A DNA stretch of 64,000 nucleotides from an uncultured Verrucomicrobiae bacterium (GTDB lineage Bacteria; Verrucomicrobiota; Verrucomicrobiia; Limisphaerales; Palsa-1400): positions 672,001 through 736,000 of the forward strand of contig CAVPOM010000018.1 of NCBI GenBank assembly GCA_963707025.1. Direction: 5' to 3'. The notes under the pieces were generated by a model. The model was not told the origin of the DNA. It saw only the letters and a program-made list of their open reading frames with translations, and did not search any database. The position numbers were made by a program, and so were the translations under genes. Shown piece after piece: positions 50,767-61,081 of the stretch. Each line of letters begins with the position of its first letter. The stretch's first letter is position 1.

Positions 50767-53368
50767 TTTCCAAGGATTTTCATCCAATCTTTGCCATTCA
50801 AGATCTTAAGCTCCTCCTGGAGTTTTTTCAGGCTCCGACCTTTGGGTGTAATCACGTTAAACCACGATTCACACCCGTCTCATAAGGGGAAAAGTCTGGT
50901 GCTGACCTGTTCATTTGCAAGGGTTTAATTGGTCTTCGGGGTAAAATGAGATTTTGATTTTTCCGAGTTTGGCTTTTGGGTTTGGTATGCGCCTGTTTGG
51001 GCGCGTGTGCTGTCCCATAGCTTTATTGGAAGCCGGGGAAATACGCCTGCTCGGGCCGCGCCAAGTGGCGAAAGCTGCCGCCTGCTGTCCCATAGCACGC
51101 CAGCAAATTGAGCAGATCATATTTCTCCCAGAGCGCCGCCCGCAAAATCGTGAACAGCCGGGTGAAGCTGTGCGCCCAGTTGGAGAGGTGACTGAGGTAG
51201 CGCAACAGCACGTAGGTCAACAGCGCCGTCCACACCTGCCAGCGCACGGCGTTGGCGTTGTGGCCCAGAAAATCCGCCAACTGCAAGGTCTGCTTGATTT
51301 GTTTGAAGAAGACTTCGATCTGCCAGCGGCAGCGGTAAAGGTCGGCCACGCTGCGCGGACTCCACTCCAGGTTGTTGGTCAGGAAGGTCATTTCCCGTTC
51401 CTCTCCATCAATCTCGACCAGCGCCACCACCCGGCGCATCAACTCCGGCGCGGGTTTGTTCTCGTTGCTCAGGACGATCACTTCGTCGCGCAAAATCTTC
51501 GGGTCTCTGGAGGCGGGCATTTTCCGCACCACCTCATAGCCCATGTTCTCCTTGGCCCGCGTCACCCAAAAGACCCCGCGCCCGTCCAAATCCCGCAAGT
51601 GGCCGAAGTCCACATAACCCTTGTCGAACAAGGCGATTTCGCCGCTCTTCAAGTCGGCGCACAGTTCCCGCGCCCGTCGGTTGTCGTGCTCGGCGGCAGT
51701 GTCCACAATGACAAAACCGGGCAAAAGATTCTGCAGATTCAACCGCATATGGGTTTTGGCGGCGGCCTTGCGCCGGCGGTGCTTGGCCCAGTCCAGGCAG
51801 TTGGCCACCAGTTCCATGGTCGTGCTATCAATCACATGGATGGGCATCTTGAAACGGAAGGCGGGGCCACGGCGCTGGCCCGCGGCAAAGCCGGGCGTCT
51901 GTGCTTTCAAATGCTCCAGGACCCGCCAGAAGAGTTGTTCGGCCATCTGGGCCGGACGCTCCCGGTTGGCGTGGGAGAGGCCGTTGCGGCTGGGGGCGCT
52001 GGCGCCGCGCAAAGTGGACAGCGGCCCGGAATGCAATTGCAGCGAGTCGCACAGATCGTTGAGTCCGATGCAATGGGTGAGTTGCGCGTCCAGCAAACTG
52101 ACCGTGTGACTCCACGGACTGAAGGTGCGCGACTTATCCAGAGCCCCGGTCTCCCGCGCTATTTTGGAGACTTCATGCGCAGGAATGAGATTGCAAATCT
52201 GGCGCAAAACGTTAAACCGGGACCGTGTTGGTTTGATTTTTTTGTTTTTCATGCCTGCCTTGTGGCAGGTTCAAATGGTCAAGCCAACACTTTTTTCCAA
52301 TTTCCTGTGGGATGGCTGTGACCACGATTCGATGCTTGCCGCATGCGCCGTGAAGTAGTTTCTCAGCACTATGTCCGCCTTCACATCCATTTTCACTTTC
52401 GTAAACCGATTCGCCTTGGCTCCGGGGCCGTAGCTTTGCTGGAAAGCGGCCCGCGCGTCCGCCAGTTCCGGGGTGGGAGACAAAAGGAGCTCGCTCACAA
52501 ATTCACCCAAACCCTGGTCGGTCAAAAAAAGCAGCCAGTCATACGACTGCGCCAGGACTTTCAACTCCTTGTTATGGTCTTCTGCCGTGAACCAGTTGCC
52601 ATGATTGCTGACGACTCCAACCGTGAGGATGAAATCACGCAGCATCGCGGGGTTGTTCGAGGTTGTCACCTCCGCCAGCAGTTGATCATATTGCTTATGA
52701 TAAAAGCTGCCATCGGGCAACTGGATCATTCCCCCGATTTGTCCGTTGCTGCATCGTACCTTCTGGAGGCCGGAGACCGACCTCGCCACATAAGCCCCCT
52801 GCTTCGCCTTCTCTATGGATTGCGGCCCCTTTTTCATCCCCTCTTCCACCCCAACCCGCTTGCACTCGAAAATCGCGAACGGGTGCTGTCCAAGCACCGT
52901 TACCGTCAGCGCATACTGGTCATCTTTTGTCTCATCCACGCTTGCAATGCAAAAGGCAGTCCGAGATTCCCCGAAGGTGCAGGCATTCCTCAAAACTCCG
53001 TCCTTGCTCAGAACCTGTGCATTCTTGGCCGCGAGGTCCTCATGGGCGAAACCCAAGCTTTCCAAGGCTCGGCGCATTTTTGCTGTGGTCAAGGGGAGGG
53101 TGAATTTTTGCAGGGGTATGCGCTGTTGACGCAGAATGGGGTGCAGTGAGAATTCCACTTGATGCGTAATACCCGGGTTTGCATATTCGCCCAGCGAACG
53201 CTCAATACCAAGATTCTCGCGGAAACCCCATCCCTTCAGCGCGTAATAAGTGATGATCTCCACCAACGTGCCAAGAGCTCTGCCTGCTGCCTTTTTTCTG
53301 TCCTTCGCGTAATGAAACACCTTCTCCACGAGGACACGCTGCAAAGCATCTATAGACTCATAACTCAT
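50763..53368 (-). pseudogene. Putative PD-(D/E)XK restriction endonuclease, split near its C-terminus by IS4
   Basis: AGRALGTLVE...FECKRVG...IEKAKQG; removing the IS restores ...IESWFNVITPKGRSLKKLQEELKIL...GK*. Confidence 0.75.
50870..52320 (-). mobile_element. IS4-family element copy B (transposase 51023-52252)
   Basis: Same transposase as copy A; 9-bp duplication ACCACGATT at 50861-50869 and 52321-52329. Confidence 0.95.
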
Positions 53369-53549
53369 TTCGTCGGGATTGTAGGAGCTTCAGCGTGCCA
53401 GGCAACCTCAAAGTTGATTGGGCCGGTTGCCGCCGTGTGTTCTGCCAGAGTCTTGTTTGCCAATGCCCGCAATTCACTTTCCTCGAATGGGGAATAACAG
53501 GGAGCAACTTATCGAAGACCTGACCGATCTGATGAAGGGCGGTAAGTTG

Positions 53550-53633
53550 GATGTAACAAAATGTAACGGGGTGTAACGGGGGCAGTTTTCGTAAACCGTT
53601 GATAATCAACAACTGTAACGGTGTAACGGGTGT
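53550..53633 (+). repeat. TGTAAC-box array with IHF consensus (left site)
   Basis: TGTAAC at 53552, 53562, 53572, 53614, 53622; TAAACCGTTGATA (YAANNNNTTGATW) at 53592-53604. Confidence 0.85.
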
Positions 53634-53912
53634 GGCGCATCTCACCCTGCCTGCATGAGTGGGCGTCGAACAAGTCGTCCCCCACACTTGCAGGCCAACC
53701 CAAAGTCAGCGGAGAGAAAAGGCAAGGGGACGCCAGTCCTGCAGTCGCTCGCAGGCTCGCTTTGTGCAGGAAGGCCGTGGACGCGCTCTCAGAACACCGC
53801 CCCTTATCCGCGTTAATCTGCGTCCATCTGCGGTTAATTCCGGATTCGGTTGCGGTTTGGCGCCAGGGATCTTTGCGCCGTAATACTCCGCCCCTTGCCG
53901 GGCAAGGCGCGG

Positions 53913-55289
53913 TTAAATACTCCAGCCATTCCGGTATTCGGCGCGAACATACTGGTTGGCTTCGGGCAAATTGCTCACCTTCATATTCGGGCCGTCCCAC
54001 TCAATGGGCGCGTCCACCCGTTTGGCCAGATTGCCCAGCAGGCAGATTTCGGTGAGCAAGGCGGCGTATTCGAAGTTGGAGCCGGCTTTGCGGCCTTCTT
54101 GGCAGGCACGCACCCATTCCATCTCGTGGCCTTCGCCCGGAATGCGGGCAATGCTCTTGGGCGGACGTTGGTAGTCCCTGGCCAGACTGGCCGGCAGGAG
54201 CATCGGGCGCTCGTCGTAAACGCCCGCCATGATCTTGCCCTTGCTGCCATGAAAAATGATGCCGCCCTCTTTTGGCATGTCCCAGCCCTTGTCCAAGCCT
54301 TCGGGCCAGGGGGCGCGCAACCCCTCCCACCAGGTCAGCTTCACCGGCGGCAGATTCTCCCGCGCGGGAAATTCATAGGTGACCATCGCCGAGACAGGAT
54401 GCACGTCGGCATTGAGGCCGCAGGAGCTGGCCTGGATGCGCGCGGGGTAACCGAGCTTCAGCGCCCAGACGGCGGCATCCAGCGTGTGCGCGCCCCGGTC
54501 TCCCATCATGCCGTTGCCGAAATCCCACCAGGCCCGCCACACGCTGGGAAGATAAGCGGGGTGATAGGGGCGCGGCCGGGCCGGTCCCAGCCACAAATCC
54601 CAGTTCAAGGTCGGGGGCACAGCCGGGGTGTCGGCGGGACGCTGGCTCCATTTGGTGCTCCACCACTCATGACCCCAAGGGTAGTAAGACAGATCACACC
54701 ATGCCTCCACCTCGCGCACTTCCCCGATGGCGCCGTCCCATATCCATTCACAGATTAACCGGACGCCCTCGGCGGAATGGCCTTGATTGCCCATCTGGGT
54801 CGTGACCCGCGAGCCCTTGGCCGCTTGCGCCAGCTTGCGCGCTTCGAAGACATCGTGGGTGAGCGGCTTCTGGCAGTAAACGTGTTTGCCAGCGCCCATG
54901 GCGGCCAGGGCGATGACCGCATGCGTGTGGTCGGGGGTGGCGATGACCACCGCCTCGATGTCCTTCTGCTTGTCCAGCATCTCCCGGTAGTCGGTCCAGA
55001 CTCGCGCTTTGGGATACTTTTTGAACGTTTTGGCGGCAAAGTCCTGGTCCACATCGCAGAGCGCCACGATGTTTTGGCCCGCCAGGTTCGCAAGGTTGGC
55101 CGCCCCCATGCCCCCCACGCCGATGCCGGCGATGTTGAGCCTATCACTGGGCGGACCTTCGCCCACTCCAAGCGCCTGCCGGGGTGCAAGCGTCCAGGCG
55201 CCGGCTGCGCATGCGCCGGCAACCAGAAAGTCACGCCGGCTGACAGCCCGGGAATCGGGACCATCTGAATGTATGGTTTGTGTTTTCAT
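53913..55289 (-). CDS. Gfo/Idh/MocA oxidoreductase with Tat signal
   Basis: SRRDFL, IGVGGMG, ATPDHTH, YCQKPL, MGDRGAH. Confidence 0.92.
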   Translation of the reverse strand: MKTQTIHSDGPDSRAVSRRDFLVAGACAAGAWTLAPRQALGVGEGPPSDRLNIAGIGVGGMGAANLANLAGQNIVALCDVDQDFAAKTFKKYPKARVWTDYREMLDKQKDIEAVVIATPDHTHAVIALAAMGAGKHVYCQKPLTHDVFEARKLAQAAKGSRVTTQMGNQGHSAEGVRLICEWIWDGAIGEVREVEAWCDLSYYPWGHEWWSTKWSQRPADTPAVPPTLNWDLWLGPARPRPYHPAYLPSVWRAWWDFGNGMMGDRGAHTLDAAVWALKLGYPARIQASSCGLNADVHPVSAMVTYEFPARENLPPVKLTWWEGLRAPWPEGLDKGWDMPKEGGIIFHGSKGKIMAGVYDERPMLLPASLARDYQRPPKSIARIPGEGHEMEWVRACQEGRKAGSNFEYAALLTEICLLGNLAKRVDAPIEWDGPNMKVSNLPEANQYVRAEYRNGWSI

Positions 55290-55369
55290 CGCTGCAAACT
55301 TTGGCGCAGGGCGCAGCAGGTCCGCCAAGAGGCTGTCCGCACCCAAGTTCAATCGTTCGCCCGTCCGCT

Positions 55370-56815
55370 TCAGCCCAATTTCCACGGGGGACGGTAGGGG
55401 CGCGTCATCAGTTTGGCGGCCTCGGCATCGCCGATGATCTTTTCGTGTTTGGCGTCCCAGCGGATCTTCCGGCCCACCAGCATCGAGATCAATCCCAGGT
55501 GGCCGGGGATGGTGGAATGATGGCCGGTCTCCACCGGGCATATCGTCGGCTTGCGCGATTTGACGCAATCCAGGAAGTTTTGCTGGTGGTTTCTGGAATG
55601 ATACAGCTTGACCTTGCGCAGCGCCTCGGGCAAATCCCGCACGTCCTCCCATTCGGTGTTGGAGGCTTTGAATTTATCCCGATCCACCCACACCCAGCCG
55701 TCCGTGCCGATCCATTTTGTCCCGTCCTTGATGTCATTGTGTCCGCCGGCAATCGTCATGGCGATGTCCTTCGGGTATTTCAGTTCAAGGCGATATTTAG
55801 TGCAGGTGTTCCAAATCGCGTTGGCGGCGGGAAATTCGCCGTGGCCTTCGACCTCGTACGGGCCGGAATTGTCGCAATCCATTCCCCAGTGCGCGATGTC
55901 GCAATGGTGCCCGACCCAGTCCATCAACTGCCCGCCGCCGCAGTTGTAGTTCCAGCGCCAGTTCTTGAAGATGCGGGCCTTGATGTAAGGCTCCTGGCGC
56001 GAGGGACCCAGCCACATGTTGTAATCAAAGCCCTCCGGCGGCTCGGTAACTGCGGCGTCCCAGGCGGCGGTGCCGGGGACGATCGTCTCCAGGGTCACTT
56101 TCTGCGGGGGATCGAGCAGCGCCAGCTTGTCCAACAGCGCTTTGCCCTGCCTGTCGTTGTCGCTGTGGCCGCTGGGCAGGCCCACTTCCACCCGGGTGAT
56201 TTTGCCGATCAGCCCGTTGCGCACAATCTCGGCCGCCTTTTGAAAATTGTCTTTGGACCGTTGCCAGGAACCGGTCTGCCAGATGCGGTGATGCTGTTGC
56301 ACGGCTTTGACGATGTTTTGCTGCTCGGCAATGGTGCGGGCCAGCGGCTTTTCCCCGTAAATATCCTTGCCGCGCCGGGCGGCCTCGGTGGCGACCAGTT
56401 CGTGCCAGTGATCCGGCACGGCCAGCATCACGGCGTCAATGTCGTCGCGCGCCATCATTTCGCGGTAATCGTGATAGGCCTTGCAGTCCTCGTTTTGATA
56501 GTGATCGTTGATCTTGTTGACCGCGCTTCGCAAATGGCCTCTGTCCAGATCGCAGGCGGCGACCACCTGGCAATCCTTGGAAGCCAGAAACTGATTGGTG
56601 TTGTCCGGCCCCTGCCAGCCCCAGCCCACCACGCCCAGCGTGATGCGGTTGGAAGGCCGGGGGCGGCTGCCCAGCCCCACGGCGCAGCCGGGAACAAATA
56701 TGGGCAGCGCCAGCGCCGCCCCGGTGGTGGCAATAAAGCGGCGGCGATTGACGCGGCGCAGGGAGGGTGGATTGGAGTTTTGTCCTTGTGGACGCGATGG
56801 AGAGTGCGGTGACAT
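55370..56815 (-). CDS. Gfo/Idh/MocA oxidoreductase with Tat signal
   Basis: NRRRFI, VGWGWQG, VPDHWH, YGEKPL, MDWVGHH. Confidence 0.92.
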   Translation of the reverse strand: MSPHSPSRPQGQNSNPPSLRRVNRRRFIATTGAALALPIFVPGCAVGLGSRPRPSNRITLGVVGWGWQGPDNTNQFLASKDCQVVAACDLDRGHLRSAVNKINDHYQNEDCKAYHDYREMMARDDIDAVMLAVPDHWHELVATEAARRGKDIYGEKPLARTIAEQQNIVKAVQQHHRIWQTGSWQRSKDNFQKAAEIVRNGLIGKITRVEVGLPSGHSDNDRQGKALLDKLALLDPPQKVTLETIVPGTAAWDAAVTEPPEGFDYNMWLGPSRQEPYIKARIFKNWRWNYNCGGGQLMDWVGHHCDIAHWGMDCDNSGPYEVEGHGEFPAANAIWNTCTKYRLELKYPKDIAMTIAGGHNDIKDGTKWIGTDGWVWVDRDKFKASNTEWEDVRDLPEALRKVKLYHSRNHQQNFLDCVKSRKPTICPVETGHHSTIPGHLGLISMLVGRKIRWDAKHEKIIGDAEAAKLMTRPYRPPWKLG

Positions 56816-57483
56816 GAAAGCAGTATGAATCGGAGGCCGTGGCCCGGCAAGCAGAAAAGGGGTAGTGTGGTTTCAGCTAGTTTCACTTCCCGACCCCAGG
56901 AGGTCCCATGCGCCAAACGGCAATTCTCCTGAGAATCGTCAAATTCGGACCCGTTCGCCAGTTCGCGGATTTGCCGCCCTGCCGCATTTTGCCTTCGCCC
57001 TGCCTTCCGCCCATGCGCCATCACAGTATTCTTTTGGGGCGATGGCCAACCATTGTTTGGCGGGACGAGAGCAATTTTGGACAAGCTTTTTTCCCATATT
57101 TCTCTGGTTGCGATCAAGAATCGCCTTAAGTTGGATGCTTGTTCACAAGGGACATAAGCTATTTGCATGAAGATTCTTTGCACGGGTGTGTGCCGCCCAA
57201 CGGACCATAAGACGAAGACGCGGCGGCCGTCTCGCCCCGCCCACGGCTACATAGTGGAGCCATTGCCTCAAACTGTATATGGGGTGAACACCTTATAGCC
57301 CACGGGGCGGCCGGCGTGTTAAAGTATCATTGCGGACAAGAATAATCGGACAAAATAAACAAACATGATGACCAAAAACAACGCCATCGCGGCCATCGTC
57401 AAGTCCCGCGCCGAAGCCGAAGCGGCCGTCCCGGAATGGCACGGCCTCAAACCGGCGTGTCCATGATGACCTGAGTTGTTCCA

Positions 57484-59088
57484 ATGAAAATCCTTCTCAC
57501 CAGTGTGTGCCGACCCATGGGGCCAAAATACGGGGATGCGGCGTCGGTCGGTTATGAATTGCTTTACCGGCAGGTGACGCGCGCCCAGGGCCTGTTCAGC
57601 CCGCGCACCGTCAACATCCATTTTTCCCTGGAATACATCGCGGAGAACCTGGAGGCGCCCACGGTGGTGTTGCAATACCCCTCCCGGCGCGAACTGATCA
57701 AGGAGTTGAAGAAGGGCTACGATTATGTGGGCGTGTCGTTCCTCATGGCGGTGATGCACAAGATGAAGGAGACGGTGGCTTTGATCCGGCGCTACGCGCC
57801 CCGGAGCAAAATCGTGCTGGGCGGCTACGGCACCATCTTGAAGGATGAGGTGCTCAAACCGTACGCGGATTATATCTGCCGCGAGGAGGGCGTGGCCTTC
57901 TTCCGCCGGCTGCTGGAGGAACCGCCGATTGCCATGCCCTACAAGCATCCGCTGATCGTGAGCTGGTTGAAAGTATTTGGCTGGAAGGTGTCGGGCACGG
58001 GGAAGATTTTTGCCGGACTGGGCTGCGCCAACGGCTGCGATTTCTGCTGCACGTCGCACTTCTTTTCGCGCAAACACATCAAGCTGCTGCCGGAAGGCCG
58101 GGACATTTACGCGGTGGTGGAACGCTATCTGGCGGCGGACCCGAACCTGGTGTTCCTGATCCTGGACGAGGATTTTCTGCTGAATAAAAAGCGGGCGATG
58201 CAGTTCCGCGATTGCGTCCTGGCCGGGGGCAAAAAGGTTTCCATCTTCGCCTTCTCCAGCGTCAGGGCCATCAGCCAGTACACGGTGGAAGAGATTTTGG
58301 AAATGGGGATTGACGGATTCTGGATCGGTTACGAGGGGACGCGGTCCCATTATGCCAAACAACAAGGCCGGCCGATCGCGGATATTTTCACCGAATTTCG
58401 CGAGCACGGCATCACGGTGCTGACCTCGATGATTGTGGGATTTGATTACCAGAACCAGGAAGTGGTGGCGCAGGAGTTGGATGGACTCATGCAGCTTAAG
58501 CCCGCCCTGGCGCAGTTCCTCATCTACGGCCCGGTGCCCGGCACGCCCTTTCACGAGCGCATCATCAAGGAGAACCTGTTGCAGGACGTTTATACCGACG
58601 ACAAGGACCTGTTCTATCGGCGCGCGGACGGATTTCGCACCATGATCAAACATCCGACCCTGTCGGCGGAAGAAATCGAAGCGATCCAGACCTGGTGTTT
58701 TGAGCAGGACTTTCAGCGGCTGGGTCCGAGCATTTACCGGGTGCTGGAAGCGCGCCTGCTCGGTTTGCAGAAAATGAAGAACTCGCCCAACCCGGTGCTG
58801 CGCGCCAAGGCCGAGTATTACGCGGGGGAGTTGCGCTACGCCTACCCGGTTTTCCTGGCGGGGCGTCTGCTGGGCCCCAACGCGGCGGTGCGGCGGTGGA
58901 TTGGCGATTTGGAGCGGCGGATTCACGCGGAACTGGGCGCCCCTCCCCTCGGGCAACGGCTCAAGTCGGTCCTGGGCGTGGCGGCGGCGTTGTGGACGGG
59001 ACTGACCTTGAAGCTGGACCTTTTTCAGCATCCGAAATTAATCCGCACGACCTATCGCGTGCCGGGCCAGGCGCTGGGGCGCGTTTGA
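57484..59088 (+). CDS. B12-binding radical SAM protein
   Basis: GCANGCDFC (CxxxCxxC), LGGYG, LDEDF, P.PGTP. Confidence 0.88.
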   Translation: MKILLTSVCRPMGPKYGDAASVGYELLYRQVTRAQGLFSPRTVNIHFSLEYIAENLEAPTVVLQYPSRRELIKELKKGYDYVGVSFLMAVMHKMKETVALIRRYAPRSKIVLGGYGTILKDEVLKPYADYICREEGVAFFRRLLEEPPIAMPYKHPLIVSWLKVFGWKVSGTGKIFAGLGCANGCDFCCTSHFFSRKHIKLLPEGRDIYAVVERYLAADPNLVFLILDEDFLLNKKRAMQFRDCVLAGGKKVSIFAFSSVRAISQYTVEEILEMGIDGFWIGYEGTRSHYAKQQGRPIADIFTEFREHGITVLTSMIVGFDYQNQEVVAQELDGLMQLKPALAQFLIYGPVPGTPFHERIIKENLLQDVYTDDKDLFYRRADGFRTMIKHPTLSAEEIEAIQTWCFEQDFQRLGPSIYRVLEARLLGLQKMKNSPNPVLRAKAEYYAGELRYAYPVFLAGRLLGPNAAVRRWIGDLERRIHAELGAPPLGQRLKSVLGVAAALWTGLTLKLDLFQHPKLIRTTYRVPGQALGRV

Positions 59089-59089
59089 A

Positions 59090-59434
59090 ATGTGGGAGAA
59101 ATTCCATGCCGCCTCGGCCTCGCCGACTTTTTCCACCCAGGTGGAACTGCGGCACTCGACCAAGGAAGTGTGGATCCGCCTGGAAGGCGCGCTCTCGGCT
59201 TCCGATGCCGAAAAGCTGGGACAACGCATCCAGGACTCGCTGGCGCGGTGCAAGAGCAAACTGGTGCTGGATTTCAAGAAGCTGCACTGGGACAAGGTGG
59301 AAAATCTGGAGCCGCTGCGCCAAAAGCTGGCGGCGTATCGTTCGCGCATCCGGGTGGTGCTGCCCAAATTGTCGCTGGCCCATCCGGAGCTGCTTCTTTT
59401 GGCCGCCATGTTTCAGGCCGCCGCCACCTATTGA
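59090..59434 (+). CDS. STAS-like domain; may be the frameshifted C-terminus of the radical SAM
   Basis: WIRLEGALS...KLVLDFKKL; a single-base deletion near 59067 would fuse the two ORFs. Confidence 0.55.
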   Translation: MWEKFHAASASPTFSTQVELRHSTKEVWIRLEGALSASDAEKLGQRIQDSLARCKSKLVLDFKKLHWDKVENLEPLRQKLAAYRSRIRVVLPKLSLAHPELLLLAAMFQAAATY

Positions 59435-59536
59435 CGCGGCAACCGGATATATTCCGGTTCTTCGCTGTTTTCAGCGGATTTGTTCCGGCAGGACAACCGC
59501 TGGAAGTAGCGCAGGGTTCGCTCCGGACCATTGCTC

Positions 59537-59624
59537 CGTTACAGCCGTTACATCGTTACACCTGTTGCACCACAAGCACTTACGCATTTTCGAGCCGTTA
59601 CACTCCGTTACATTTGGTTACATC
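59537..59624 (-). repeat. TGTAAC-box array (right site, inverted)
   Basis: GTTACA at 59538, 59547, 59555, 59597, 59607, 59617; spacing mirrors the left site. Confidence 0.85.
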
Positions 59625-59792
59625 TTCGGAATTGTTAAAACACCCATGCTTTGCACAATACTATCTGTAACCCCTTCCAGCGCTGCCGTTTCCGTGATGA
59701 CGGCCATACGGCGCTCGTGCTGCCCGGCCTCCAGTTCAGCCCTCCCTCACCTCCATGGCGTCGCCCTTGCCCGGCATTGCCCGCCGACATGG

Positions 59793-60019
59793 TTATTCCG
59801 CCCATTCCGCGCAAAGCAATTTCGCTTGCTCCAAAACGGTTTGAGTTGCCTTCTCCTGCTTGTCCAGCGGATATCTGTACAGCGTGGCTTCCAGCATTTC
59901 GGCGAACGAGCGGGACCGGACGAGATATTTCTTCGAGCGGCTTTTCAGTCCGTTGGTCAGCAGTTTTTGCAAAAACTCGACGCCAAATTCGTGTTGCGCC
60001 CGAATGCTGTCCAGGCCAC
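59793..60019 (-). pseudogene. hsdR: Relic of a type I restriction subunit HsdR C-terminus
   Basis: VEFLQKLLTNGLKSRSKKYLVRSRSFAEMLE...YPLDKQEKATQTVLEQAKLLCAEWAE*. Confidence 0.72.
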
Positions 60020-61081
60020 TTAATTGGGAATTTCCTTCTCAATCATTCGTCTGAATTCAGATTCCCCTGAGGCAGACGCTGAAAAAAAGTCGCTAGTCAT
60101 GCTCTTATTTTCCGCACTCATCTCCGTTTTGACGGATGAAAATATCCCTCGGAAATATTTGATGGAAAGATCGCCTATTTTGCGCCCGTTACGAACTATC
60201 GCTGGCAGTGCTAACATGATGCCGGTATATCCAAGGGTTTTTGAAATAACATACGTCGCTGGATCATCCCATTCGTCAGGCCATGTTTCCTTTGCAGCCC
60301 CAAATACATTTAAGAGGATCTTGAGGATGTTGGCGTCTTCCTTCTTTAGGAAATACTGGTTAAATATGCAATTCGGATGAGCCGGCGGTTCTGAACCGCG
60401 TCTAATAATATCCAAGTCACCATCCGGGTCTGAACCGATATTACGCAACAAGAATTTCACAAAAGTTCCCTGTGAAAGACTCTCCATCGAACCCGGCGTC
60501 TTACGTCCTAGCATTTTGAGGCGCTTATACCACGGTGAAGAATCGAGACTATTCATTGCACGAGCAATTTCGTGAGATGTCTTTTGCGGGCTTCGATTCT
60601 TGGTAACGCCAAAAAGATCGTAAATCAAAGAAGCCGGCACTTTCGTCTGCTTCCCATTGATTGTGGCAAACAGCAAAGCCTTTTGCTCTTCATTGGCGTC
60701 CAAAATAAAAACCACTGGAATAACAAAATCCTCCTTCCGGTGTGAAAGCTCTAATCCCAATACGCGATGTTGGCCATCAACAATATCAGCTACTTCATTG
60801 CGCGGTATGGAAATAGTGTTTCCGTCAATCACACAATCGTGACTGTTTATTGCCAACACCACAGGTGTGGGAAATGCAGCATCGGCGGTCTCGGAATAAT
60901 CGGCTATGTCCTTTATCCGACGTTTGGATGGCTCTCGCTGAATTCCCCCAACTGTCTCCAACGAAATATTATCAAATTTGCGAGGGTCAACTTTAGAAAT
61001 CCGGATTACTTCAACGACCGGAACGGCTGATAATAAAAAATCTCCAGCCGGCTGCTCAAATGCAATTGTTGGAAAACTCAT
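60020..61081 (-). CDS. DGQHR-domain (DndB-like) protein
   Basis: GIQREPSKRRIKDIADY, FPTPVVL, IVDGQHR, FATINGKQTKV. Confidence 0.9.
   Translation of the reverse strand: MSFPTIAFEQPAGDFLLSAVPVVEVIRISKVDPRKFDNISLETVGGIQREPSKRRIKDIADYSETADAAFPTPVVLAINSHDCVIDGNTISIPRNEVADIVDGQHRVLGLELSHRKEDFVIPVVFILDANEEQKALLFATINGKQTKVPASLIYDLFGVTKNRSPQKTSHEIARAMNSLDSSPWYKRLKMLGRKTPGSMESLSQGTFVKFLLRNIGSDPDGDLDIIRRGSEPPAHPNCIFNQYFLKKEDANILKILLNVFGAAKETWPDEWDDPATYVISKTLGYTGIMLALPAIVRNGRKIGDLSIKYFRGIFSSVKTEMSAENKSMTSDFFSASASGESEFRRMIEKEIPN

Noticed and set aside
46365..52320. Composite transposon formed by inverted IS4 copies A and B
   Set aside because: Each copy has its own 9-bp target duplication and splits a different gene, so they are independent insertions.
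47618..52321. 536-aa and 455-aa ORFs opposite the IS4 transposases
   Set aside because: Antisense frames, repeated only because the IS is repeated.
53550..59624. TGTAAC arrays as a CRISPR array or a confirmed Tn7-like transposon
   Set aside because: No repeat-spacer period or cas genes; no tns genes and no 5-bp target duplication. Kept only as an unexplained site pair.
60020..61081. Complete Dnd phosphorothioation system
   Set aside because: No dndA/C/D/E or dndFGH-like genes in the window.
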